DNA of 38,832 nt, from positions 536,472-575,303 of the forward strand of contig NMRA01000250.1 of assembly GCA_002633005.1 (NCBI GenBank). Reading direction: 5' to 3'. The stretch is from Phoronis australis. Lineage: Eukaryota > Animalia > Phoronida. How positions within the stretch are numbered: the stretch's first letter is position 1; every line of letters begins with the position of its first letter. Below the pieces are notes generated by a model. It was not told the DNA's origin. It saw only the letters and a list, made by a program, of their open reading frames with translations, and did not search any database. Both the position numbers and the translations under genes were made by a program. This document shows, in pieces, positions 26,401 through 37,041 of this stretch.

Positions 26401-29400
26401 ACGTGAGAACAGCACCGTTGTTACATCTGTGTAAGCCCAGTTCTTCTGGACTTTATATTAAATTTGATAGTTTTATGCCGATCCAATACAAGAGAGGTCT
26501 TAGACTAGTCAATTGCTTGTTACACCGTGCCTGGACCACTTTAAATTTGGATAGTGACGTAGCTAAGAATTTCCAGTTATTGCGTGCCAATGCTTACCCG
26601 TTGAATTTTTTGAATAGCTGTAAAAGGCACTTCCTTTCAAAAATGAATGAGGCGGATAAGATAGCTGTTGTTGAAGCCGAGAAAAAGAAAGTGTAAACTG
26701 AAGTCATACATCCCGTCATTGAACAAGAGCAATGTTGTTTATAAAGTTGAATGTGACAACTGTAAGGAATTCTACTGTATATCGGACTCAAACAGAGACG
26801 CCTCTGTGACAGGCTGAAAGAACATCACACTTCAGAGAAAAGCAACATATATAGGCATTGTATTAGCAACAAGCCAATTCAGTTAGTATTATCTGCAGAG
26901 AACCTAACAAGGAATTACTGTACAGCGCCACTGAACTCTGCATGTTATTCAGAGAATCAGTAGCATGCTGGTTCTGAATGGCCAATGACTCTTTAGTCCC
27001 GTTTAGACATCAACCGTTTTGGCCCGCGTAACTGACATGGAGCAAATTGATCTGTGTCAAGCGGCCGTTTACACAAGTGACAACTCACTAACTGTGGCAA
27101 GACGGAAATTGCAGGCTGGAGAGACTAGATCGCACATGCGTAGGTTTACAAATGACGAGAGTTGCAGAGACAACGAACCCGTACGTAGGTAATTAGACAA
27201 GCGCAGTAAATGATCCTTTCCGCCTTGCCCCAGTTTCGCGTTTAGACATATAATTGACCCGGCGCAAGGTGTTCGGGCGCAAATTGCTCTACCTCACAAA
27301 CGGGTGGCAAAATTTGTCACCGCGGTGTCAATTTGCTCCGTGTCAGTCCCGTTCACACACTGGAACAACTCGTTCCGTGTGATCTGATCCGTGTCAACTT
27401 TTCAAGTGTAAACGACACTTATGGTGATGACCAGCTACTGACTATCACTGTAACTCACTAACTTTATTGGTGTTACGAGAGCTGTATGTTGGCATTTGCT
27501 GTCCTTTGTAAATATGATCCTGATGATATCTAATGAATAGACGAAACATTGATTGAACATGAACTTTTTATTTGTGTGGCGATCGTCCGGTTTTTTGTAT
27601 TGAGTTTGAAAAAAAAATCCTATTGGGCTTACCGGAAGTTCTTGAAAAGGTTTCTTTAAGTCACACTCGTGAAAATTCAAAATTCGTTAGTTTGTAACGT
27701 ATAAGCGCTCATTTGCTTGCAGGATTATTTCAACAAACAAAATTCAAGAAAATTTAATGCTAGTTAGTGTGAACAGTATATAAGTGGTTTAGGACAATTG
27801 AACTTGAATAAACAGCGGCAAACGAATTATTCATAAAATAAATTTGCTACTGAGTGCATAGCGCAGATGTCATCGAAATGTGTCTCATTTATACAGAATC
27901 GGCTGGCTGTGGAGCGCAGGACGACAATCCATCAAGTTGCTGCGTGCGTCATGAAATAAACGTAGATGGAAATTAGGGAAATTGTGAAAACACGTTAAGG
28001 ACATTTATTTGGTCAAACCAATCCTTATTTTTGTTTATTTACTTACGGAGCACTTGGTAAGAATGTAGAGGAGTAAGGATAACACGGCAAAGTAGACCTG
28101 AAGACGGGCGCCACCGAAACGTTTACTCAGGTATTGTGGCATAGTAACGGTCTGCAAGAAACGAAATTGACAATGTTCAACGCTACATTTTCTCTGTTAT
28201 CGTTTGCACAAATGCAATGGCCGTATTTACTACTATTAATAAAATCTCTTGGTCTATTTATACCGACCTCTTGTCTATTTACATCGTCACGACGTTTTGG
28301 TCGGTCTATTCCTCCGACCATAGTCAGGTGTTTCTGCGTTCTTAGAAGAACGAGCACGGATATGCAATACACCTGACGATGGCCGGAGAATAGACCGACT
28401 AAAACCTCGTGACAATGTACATAGACAACAGGTCGGTGTAAAAAGACAAAAAGATTTTAACAGTAGTTGTAACACGCCACCACTTCAGGGCGGCGGTTTT
28501 AGAAAGTCATAGCCGTATTTGTTTTTAGCATTTGTGGCGCAGTAAAAAGTCAAGTTCTGTCGCTGGATTTCGCCTACACCTACATGAATTATTGCGAATT
28601 GTCGAGTTCCTAAAAAGATTTTGTTTGTATCAACACAAAACGGGGAACCAAAGACCGATTTTAATATCTCTGGATTTTTAGCTGCTGTCAGATTTCAGTG
28701 AATGCCTCGGGAATTATATTACCTATGTTCTACATTTCATGTCCATAAGGTAATTCTTCGCGTGTTTGCATACGTAGTCAGTTCCATCTTCTGTTGTTTT
28801 CTTACCCCGCATGCTATGTACACAGGAATGAAGACCCAGCCTAGAAGCTGCAGAAGAAGAATGGCGTTGAATTCCCAAGCACCGACACCAATACCACCTG
28901 CGGCGCCTGAACCAGACAAACCAATGAAGTGTTCGCTCCCGATGTTGCTGACAAAAAGAGATGCACCGACCTAAAATAATGTATTATAAGAGTTATGTTT
29001 TGAGACAGTATTTATTCACTTCGCCAAAATATCAAAACTAAGCATTTTGTATTTTTTTCGATCCCTTAAGTTTTAGCCGTGTCTAATATCATGCACTCAA
29101 CTTTCTTGAGTCCAGTGTCAAAATAAATTGTGCTACCCATTGGTGTACCATTAAACTTTGAGCCTCTAAAAAATTACGTCAGCGATCGTTTCTCAACGTT
29201 GAAAATTTACTCAAGATCGCTTTTTCTACGGATTAAAAGTTTAAAATTTTCAACTTGTGAAAAAATGACCCAACTGCTGTTGCACACAGGCTTGATAATT
29301 AAAAATGAGCAGAACGGGAGGGGCGTTATCCAGCAATTTTGAATTTTACCAACCAAACAAAACACTTGGTATGGGGTTATAGGATGGCAGTGCTCCGCGC

Positions 29401-31630
29401 GCCACTAGTAAAGGGAAGTGAACAAAATTGCGGGGCGGATGAATTTTGAAAGGTCGAAGCTGTAGCAGTTCGCCGCCGCCCTCTTAGAGCGCCAATGTGC
29501 ATGTTGATTTGAAGTAAGAATTGAATTCAAGTTTCCATAAAGGTTCCAATGGTTTATTGTCCCCATGACTAAAGTACAGCTTTAAGATCTCCACACAGAA
29601 CAGAGGACCGTCTTCTAGCAACAGTGCTCACAACATTTCAGTCTTTCACAGGGAAAATGGTAACTATGTTACATTGGAGGCAGAGAAACTTTGCGATCGT
29701 GATGACTGGGTAGAGAGCCGGCAAAACTGAGTCGTGAAGACCGGAGCTAGTCAGTGATTAGAAGTTTCGGTGACCCAGCGGAAGGCGGACAGGGAAAGCA
29801 CAAATCATATCCAACTTTCTATTGAGGTGAGAGGGCCCTCATAGTTCAGTGCTTCAGGATTCAAATAAGTTAATCCACTGCCCATGTCTGATGGATCGTG
29901 AAAATCACCATACAATATGCACACATTTTTATACATTTTGAATTCATGAATAAAAATTTAAGTTATCAAAGTATGTCATGGTAGCAATCAAAGATATTTT
30001 TAGTAGACGGAAGCAAGGCACTAGTTGGATATAATGGACCCTGATTTAGAGAACCAGGCAATCACTGAATAACGGCCATGCGATTTTGACGATGACACTG
30101 ATTCTAAATTAGGGTCCATGGCATCCGACTAGTGCCAAAACGGCGGCAACATGTGAACGTAAAACATACCGGGATGAAGTTCATTGCTCGGCCTGCCAAA
30201 AAATAACCACTCACTGTACCTCGTGTTGCCCGGCACATTGCCTGAAATGGAAGTGAGATGGAGAGTTTTACAACTGTTCTTTCACTTTTGCTATACAGAA
30301 ACTGTCAAAGCAGTTCGAAGACAAGTTTCCAGCGCACGACAGCCATTGTTGAAACTTTAGAGGAGCAGTCTTCTGGCGTAAGAATTAATTTCTAAACTTG
30401 CCGTGAAGTCGTGGTAATGAAACGTAGAAAAACAAAGCGATCATCTCAGTTAAGTATAATTTTCTTACCTGCCAAACTTCACTGTTAAACATGCGATTCG
30501 AATCGTTGTATTTTCTTTTCAGTTACGACGGCGACTAAAGACACCCCTTCCATAGCATAACTTTATATTAAGACCACTTAGGCCTACCACTATGAAATGT
30601 GTCTCAAGTTGCTCCTCCGGCAGTCAAACTGGAGATGAGTTCGGGGCTTAGACCTGACCGACCAGGCTCAATAGCGTACGTTTTTTTGCGCCGCGCGTGG
30701 CCTTGACAAGAATTGTCGATTCTTCCGGAGAATCACTCCGTCTGGGTAACGCTAGGACCTCGCTAAAAAGCAAGATTTTGCGAGATTACGTGAGAAATTG
30801 CCGTATATTTTAAATGAGAACACGTGACTTTGACTAGGTTTTAGCTAGGTCCCAGCGTAGGGCCTAGCGTCTACTGAATACACGCCAGGTTGAGACCGAT
30901 TATCATGGCGGCAAGTGATCTGAATCCAAAGTTCGCTTCTTAATTGGAAGGAACGCGGGCTTGTATATAGCGCAGTATTCCCATACTGTAATTATGGCGT
31001 TTTTCCATGCCCAACTTGCAGAGTCTTATTTAGTTCTTCTACTTACGTCATAATAAATGACATTATTCTCAATCCTCATCTTGTTTTACTCTGCAACATA
31101 GCTCGTGGTGTACACCGGGCAAAAATAGATTACGATAAATAGCGGTATTAATAGATTGAGCCTTTTCGGATTGAAGCGGGATTTCACCCGACGTGCTTTC
31201 TGCCGAAAAACAAGCTTTCATTTAGGACACTATCCGTTATAAAATAGGACTCGAATCACGTTGTGCCGTAATGCAGGTCATTGCTATTTCTTGAGAGCAG
31301 GCTCATAAAATATCGGGTCACCTTACTGTCGATGAAAAAATAATGAATTTTCAATTCTTTCCGAACCAAGGTATCACTTCTAAACTGGGTTAGGAGCCAT
31401 CATAGATTAATAGTCTATGGAGCCATTAAAGACCAAGCTCATTACGATCAATGGCCTAAATTAATACTTGTTTTTTTTTCAAAAAAGTATGAATTTAATG
31501 TTGCTTTAAGCAAAGACGGAAAATGTACCACCCCGCAGATTGCCATACTTACAAAAATGCCAACGCCAATCACTATTGCGAAGTAGATGCAAACGATTAC
31601 GATGTCTACGACACTAAGTTGGACAGCCAT
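17423..31630 (-). CDS. SLC5A3: Sodium/myo-inositol cotransporter-like (SLC5/SSF family, closest to SMIT1). Exons 5'->3': 31630-31553, 30241-30170, 28970-28806, 28151-28047, 25785-25599, 25189-24984, 24626-24491, 21402-21295, 20291-20141, 19831-19663, 19074-18859, 18561-18442, 18167-17999, 17688-17423; 715 aa
   Basis: 13 GT-AG introns in consistent phase; the joined CDS is 2148 nt. SSF motifs: [78 protein letters not shown] (GQTPAS is SMIT1-like), [44 protein letters not shown]5 family membership is secure. SLC5A3 orthology and the boundaries of exons 12-14 (variable loop) are less certain. Confidence 0.88.
19064..19628. repeat. Tandem duplication (~290-bp period) making up most of SLC5 intron 10
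   Basis: attcagattggttggccaag, ttcgtgttgtaggag, attcactgatcgtt, ttcggatgaatatg and tgaactgc each occur twice in the same order. Confidence 0.85.
20596..20718 (+). repeat. Interspersed repeat, copy 1 (SLC5 intron 8)
   Basis: gctaaaaagcaaga...gcgagattacgtgaga...gaacacgtgactttga.taggttttagctagg is shared with 30761-30893. Confidence 0.85.
21540..24250 (-). mobile_element. 5'-truncated, decayed non-LTR retrotransposon (L1/Tx1-clade ORF2) in SLC5 intron 7
   Basis: Minus-strand fragments broken by stops and frameshifts: [115 protein letters not shown] plus an A-rich tail lies near 21540-21560 on -. No endonuclease domain seen. Confidence 0.9.
25900..26950 (+). mobile_element. Decayed Penelope-like retroelement (RT + GIY-YIG endonuclease) in SLC5 intron 4, antisense to the gene
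   Basis: RT motifs [28 protein letters not shown] and [11 protein letters not shown]...LAFLDV. GIY-YIG remnants [12 protein letters not shown] and [16 protein letters not shown] lie at ~26730-26826. Frameshifted; ends are approximate. Confidence 0.88.
26996..27418. mobile_element. PIF/Harbinger (Tourist)-like MITE with TTA target-site duplication
   Basis: TTA-GTCCCGTTTAGAC ... GTGTAAACGACAC-TTA (terminal repeat matches at 10 of 13). Internal inverted repeat actgacatggagcaaattga / tcaatttgctccgtgtcagt, and repeated CGTTTA(C/G)AC. Confidence 0.65.
28227..28472. repeat. ~246-bp palindrome (arms ~28227-28331 and ~28369-28472); each arm carries a degenerate Penelope-type minimal hammerhead ribozyme motif
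   Basis: The arms are reverse complements with scattered mismatches. Right arm (+): cac-CTGACGA-t-ggccgg-agaataga-ccgact-AAAAc-ctc-gtg. Left arm (-): cac-CTGACTA-t-ggtcgg-aggaataga-ccgacc-AAAAc-gtc-gtg. Confidence 0.8.
30017..30136. repeat. 120-bp hairpin (small MITE-like) in SLC5 intron 2
   Basis: ggcactagttggatataatggaccctgatttaga pairs with tctaaattagggtccatggcatccgactagtgcc. Confidence 0.8.
30761..30893 (+). repeat. Interspersed repeat, copy 2 (SLC5 intron 1)
   Basis: Same-orientation match to 20596-20718. Confidence 0.85.
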
Positions 31631-34274
31631 GTTGCCTTCACTTTGTGCCTTGAACAGTAATATACTTGAGAATTCGGGTACAGAGCTACCCCAAACACTC
31701 GTTGCGATGAGTTCACAAATGATCTCTCCGTCAGCCACCGCTCCGTGCTTGCTCAATGATTTGGACTTGGTATTAAATCGCTGTCTCAAGGTTTACTTTG
31801 CTCTTGTCCTGTTTAAAAATAAATTTGCGCAGACTTTTTTGACACACAATGATATGAAATGCAAAGTCACGTGCTTTCACTTCAAACAACCTGCTTAAGT
31901 TAGTGCAAAGTTGATGGATATCAAATAACGATAATGTGCACCCCTCAGGGTTTGGGGCAGGTAAAAATTTACATAGTAATTGCCATCGCGATTTTAATCC
32001 TTGGCAAGCTTATATAATGTTTCCCTCATTTTATTGCTGAGGCACGCAGGAAAGGCCCGATATTTTTAAACCGTTCTCCAAGTTGATTTTGAACTATGTG
32101 TTTATGTACGACGCCACATTCTAATCGGTACCTGTATCGAGAGGCCCTCGGGTTCTGTATCGAGCAGACACAACATGATGAAGAATGGTTATTCCAAAGA
32201 CACGCCCACTGGATTCATCGTTTCATTACAAACTTCAAATCTCTAATTACGATATTTTTGCATCGACGAATGAAATCATAAATTGTTAGCAGTTATGCAG
32301 CAGTTCCACAGAGCGAATGACTTCTTAAACGTACGGCAATACGTTTATATAGGTGCCAATGTCTTGTTTCTTTTTATATTGCTATCATCCTGATCTTCAT
32401 GGCTCGGCATTTCCGTATGTGGCAGTTGTTCAGTGCATCGGATCCGCGATATTCTACACATTCTCACGTATTTTCCTCCGGACATGTACCATACAGTAAA
32501 GGACTAACAGGCATTAAAATAGTCTTGTTTACCTGGAGTTCTCAGGATTTACTGGCTACAGAGGTGTTAACCTTAGCTCTCGGCTGCACAACATGTCTTC
32601 GAATATGAAATAGGCATTGTATGCGTTGAGCTCAACGCAGTCTTGTCGTGAGCGTCTTATAGCCCTTAAATTCAGACACCATCACGCATTTCATAACTGT
32701 GTCAATGTGAAGTACCTGGCGGCGACCAACATAATATCGAGTCAGTGCAGTAAAATCGTACTCATGTTTTTATTTCATTGTTGAGTCAAATAAAACGGTG
32801 CGCCAGTTGTTGTGTAGTTATGCGGGTCGTGTTCCCGGGACTGACAATGCGTTTTCAGAAGCACACTGCAAAGGTCACAAAGCTTAGTCGGTGAAGATTG
32901 TTTCAGAGTAAAAATTTGGTCACCTTCTACTAAAAATGCTACGTAGGCTGTCGAGTCAATCAATATAATTTGTAAACTCAATTGCCGAGGTAGTTAAGTG
33001 TGAGCACATAATATTGCCTCCATATTGTGCACATATCTCGGGGGTTAGTGCCATCTACCTGAACTGATAGCGGTACCATGGAGGTACTTTATCAACAAAT
33101 CTGTGTACTTCAACAAATACCTACAAAACTATAAATTTTAACTCAACGAAAGTATATATTTTCTGCCAAGCACCGTGATGAGGCCTGTAGAATTTGATTT
33201 TATATACCAATCCGGGTCGGTAAAAGTAGCCATGGTACGATGCAATTTTGGTAAAATGTGGTAAAAATGAAAGTAACAGGTAAAACATCAGTTTTGAGTG
33301 AAATCCCAAAAACGCTGTTACAGTTTCCGTTATCGTTTTCATTTTTTTGATAAAAATCGTAAAAGTTTAGTTCCCCCTCATGCAAAAGCTGATCATTGTG
33401 ATAGCGTATAATAGCGCTGTGGAGAACAGGTATGTGCAGTATTGAAAAGTTTAACGTGAATTCGGTTTTACGTTTCTGTGGTGATTTGGACATTTTTCTG
33501 GAGCGACAATTCTAGTGGTCGTCATAAAATGGGGCGCATCTTTCATCAGATTAATAAAAATTCAATTCTACTGTGAGGGAAATGACACTGCAAATTTGGG
33601 TGATAGTCCACACCGCTAAGAAACCCACAATTATGAGTATGACAGTCCATCCAGCATCACTGACGGACAAACAGTCACAAACTGCTGAAGCGGCCATTCT
33701 TTAATTTTGAAAGGATCACCAATTTTTCTTCCTTCGTATTTTTGCTGTCTTTACCGCAGTACTCCTTTCATGATGGTCAGCTGAGTTCATCAAAGTTCTG
33801 TCGTCACTTTAGGCTGCCAGATCGGCTTCTCGCGTTAAAGTCATGGCCCTTTCACTTTGCCTGTATGAAAATCAATTAGGCCTACTAGGCAGCACTGAAG
33901 CGATGGGCATTGTCAGTTTCATGTTAGAACGCCATGGTGAAATTTTCTAAAGACACTAAAATTATTGAATAGAGATGGTTGCCCCGCTGTGAGAGATAGC
34001 AACGGCATATTTGTGAGTATTTTGTCCCTGGAGTACATGAATTATAAGCAAATGTATCAATAGTCTCTGTCTAATTCTTTGTAAAATCACGTTTTTAAAT
34101 AAACTTGTATTTTATTTCATTGAACATGTACTTTTTTCTGTTGTTATCTACATTTTTCTTCTTAATTGTAAATATCTATTTGATGTATTGTTATTCGGTG
34201 GTCAGCTATAGCGGCCGGTCTTGTGCTGGCCACCCAGTCATATAACAATGTATGTTTTCATATGATTTAAAAGT

Positions 34275-34368
34275 TCTCTCCCTGCCTCCCTGCCTCCCTC
34301 ACCCCCTCTCTCTCTCTCTCTCTCTCTCTCCCTCTCTCTCTCCCTCCCTCTCTCCCTCCCTCCCTCCC
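34275..34368. repeat. CT/CCCT microsatellite (polypyrimidine tract)
   Basis: Directly visible, with an adjacent single N. Confidence 0.95.
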
Positions 34369-34489
34369 NGGAACTTTTCGTTACAGATGGGTTTTGATTT
34401 TGTAATTTATTGTACTAATGCGATTATATTCGGTTGCCGAATCGCCGCCTGAGTGCCAGCCATGCCGAGAGGCGGCAGCACTATTGTTC

Positions 34490-35250
34490 GAATGTGAATT
34501 GGCGTAACTCTGCGAGTACCGCTTAATCTCCAGAATAAGCGCAAGTGAGTGTTGCGTGAACTTGGAATTCGATCACGCAAGTGATCTTGAAATTAAGCAA
34601 ACTGCCAAACCCGGTACGTGAACTTGGAATCTTGCGTAAACTTGGAATTAAGCGGCTGCCTGGCACACAATCACAGAACAAGGCACTTGGGCTGAAATCG
34701 TTACTGAACCGGTAGGCTACGGAGAGAAATGATTTCTAAAAAATGATCGAGATAAAGCTCCCGTTGCCTGTTCATGAATATTGGTTAGTACCGAGGGACT
34801 GGAATAAAAAGTCATTATTAAAGACTGTATTGTTATTACACGTTCCCTCAGTAATGCACCGGGAATTCAAAGTCATAGTCCTACTGCTACGGTCGTCATT
34901 TGAGTCGTATTATTTCTGTGTTGCTGCCTATTCCAATGTAAAGCCTGGTTTATTGTTGAATCAGTGGTGAGCCAAACATTCACTAACTGGTTGCAATACA
35001 TTTTATTTGCATTTTCTATTAATTTCAGAACACTTCCGGCCGAGTTTTTCTACCCCGTAAATTCCAAGTTTAAGCAAGATACGCCCTTGCTTAAACTTGG
35101 AATGATTGTATATTAGCTTTACAAAGTCACATGGTGAACCAAACATCCTCTGGCTGGTTACAATATCTTGTAAGCACAACTTCTTTCTTATCTTGAGCTT
35201 TTATTGAGCACGTTAATTGTTTTCTTCCGAATTCCACGTTTAAGCAGGCC
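34490..35250. mobile_element. Probable non-autonomous DNA element with AACTTGGAAT subterminal motifs
   Basis: The motif occurs three times on + at 34556-34650 and inverted at ~35061 and (variant) ~35231. A perfect 18-bp hairpin attccaagtttaagcaag/cttgcttaaacttggaat lies at 35061-35103. There is a ~167-bp internal duplication (34967 vs 35133). Confidence 0.5.
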
Positions 35251-35676
35251 ATTCTCTTTTCCCTTTACCAACCCTACATGTATGTTGTGAAGGAAGCATT
35301 CTCTGAAATATTACAAGACATTGTGAACAATTTTTTATGTCCCTGTAAATTATGGGCGATTAATTTTTACCCAATGCCAAATTTAAAAGATGATTGGAGT
35401 AAAAATAATGCAGCAGTAAACCGGTTCTAACATACAAATAAAACTCACATTTTGTCCGAGTTGTGCTCCAAACAAACGCTGATTCACATTTTATTGTAAA
35501 AACACTAATGCTGACAACAGTCTCTGATTGGCTGATATGTCAGTGGTTGACAGGGCATCGACTGCTTATCACATATTTCTGCTCCAAATTGGGGCATTGA
35601 GTGGATAGAGTTTACATCATTGTATCACTAATTTTTATTATATACTGTTTGCCAATGTTGTAGTAAAAAGTTCTCC

Positions 35677-35790
35677 ATGCCTTTTTGTATGGCACATAGT
35701 TGTTCAAACTCTGCGAAAAAGGTGTCGTCTAAGAGGGCGGACATAGGATACCATCCGTTGCCCTTGCCTTGGTACAAAGCTGTATGCTAA
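35677..35790 (+). pseudogene. Possible truncated THAP zinc-finger fragment (transposon-derived)
   Basis: MPFCMAHSCSNSAKKVSSKRADIGYHPLPLPWYKAVC* resembles the THAP N-terminal half M-x-x-C-x4-C-x-N...H-x-[FL]-P...W. The distal C-x2-H is missing. Confidence 0.35.
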
Positions 35791-37041
35791 ATTAATTCAG
35801 AACAAAATACTGTTCCCTTTAATAAGCAAACTTGGAATCAATGGGCTTTTCAGTTAAAAAAAAGATAAGGGTTGAAGCAAGCTTTCTCTCGCAGATTACA
35901 ATAAAATGTAAACGCATTTCCTGTTCTTGAGACTACTCTAACACATTAGCAATCGCCTTCTACATAATTCCTAATTTAACCAATACTTAAAACAGTATGG
36001 GGTTTCACATTTTTAATTTTATGAAAAAAATTAATACCTTTAATGAGACACTGTCATAGACAAAATGAAATCCTCGAGTTGGGCCCATTCTTTTTGGAAA
36101 GCTCAGGGGGTCACAGAAAACATGTTCTCCATGTTAGTGCAGGTGGACGGAGTCTCTGGAGATGATGTAAGTTACAACGAAACTGGCGGATAGTTTTTAA
36201 AGATATTTAAAAATAAGAATGTGACTTTGCTTTAATAATATCTGCATGGACAGGTCTAAGTTTGTATTTTTTCCTACTCACCATCAAATTACAATACAAC
36301 ATAAAACATACTTTGTAAATGTACAAAGGCTAGCATACAGTATTTTACAATTTAAACTACAATGCCGTAATTTGACAAGGCTAATAAAATATTTGTTTCT
36401 TTTCCACTAGAGTCCAATCCAATTCTAGCTAAATCTCAACAAAAAGATCTTATTGCGCAAGACCATTCACAAACAAAAAATTAAGGACAAGACACAGTCC
36501 ATCTAATTTCTTTTGAAATCTCTTGGTACATGTACCTTTAAAATGCAGCATCGCAACATTCCGACTTGCACACATATTCTGCTGCAGTAGTCAATAATAA
36601 CTTTTCGATGACAACACTGAGCGGACTCCATGGGATGTGTATTGTGTAATGAATGGTTCTCATTTGAAAAACAATCCATCCCCCTACACGCTGATCATCA
36701 CCTTTGACAAATGCAGTACTGCAATAAATGCTCAAATGGTGTAAAAATTTTCGATGCTTGCTTTCTGTATACAAGAGCTACTGCACCCACGGCTGCTACG
36801 CAATTCCAGTAGTGTTTTTGGAATCATAAAAATGGTAATTAGTTGGTGCATAATGTGTTAAACCCATCCGAATTGAGAAAGTGGCAAATAGATTCCATTT
36901 TTGACTAGAGTCTGCCCTAACTTTAACTCAAAGGAAAAAATTGATAAAACTTTAACAATTATAAGCATAACATGACAACTGATACTTCTGTCCTCTGATT
37001 GTCAGGAACACAGTTTGATAATTTTAACCCACCTCCCTGTG

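Noticed and set aside
28098-28123. Hammerhead-like CTGAAGA...GAAACGTT on +
   Set aside because: It is the antisense of conserved SLC5 coding sequence (KRFGGARLQ), and helix I cannot form properly.
31448-31789. 113-aa ORF suggesting an N-terminal extension of SLC5
   Set aside because: It starts at TTG. The first in-frame ATG is 31630, which matches the usual family start before TM1, and the ORF runs on into intron 1.
36143-36166. Candidate 24-nt micro-exon (cag|VDGVSGDD|gtaagt)
   Set aside because: Weak polypyrimidine tract and no partner exons found.
36538-36820. Cys-containing minus-strand fragments (PKTLLEL...GCSSSC) like a transposase C-terminus
   Set aside because: Broken by stops, and the similarity is too weak to assign without a search.
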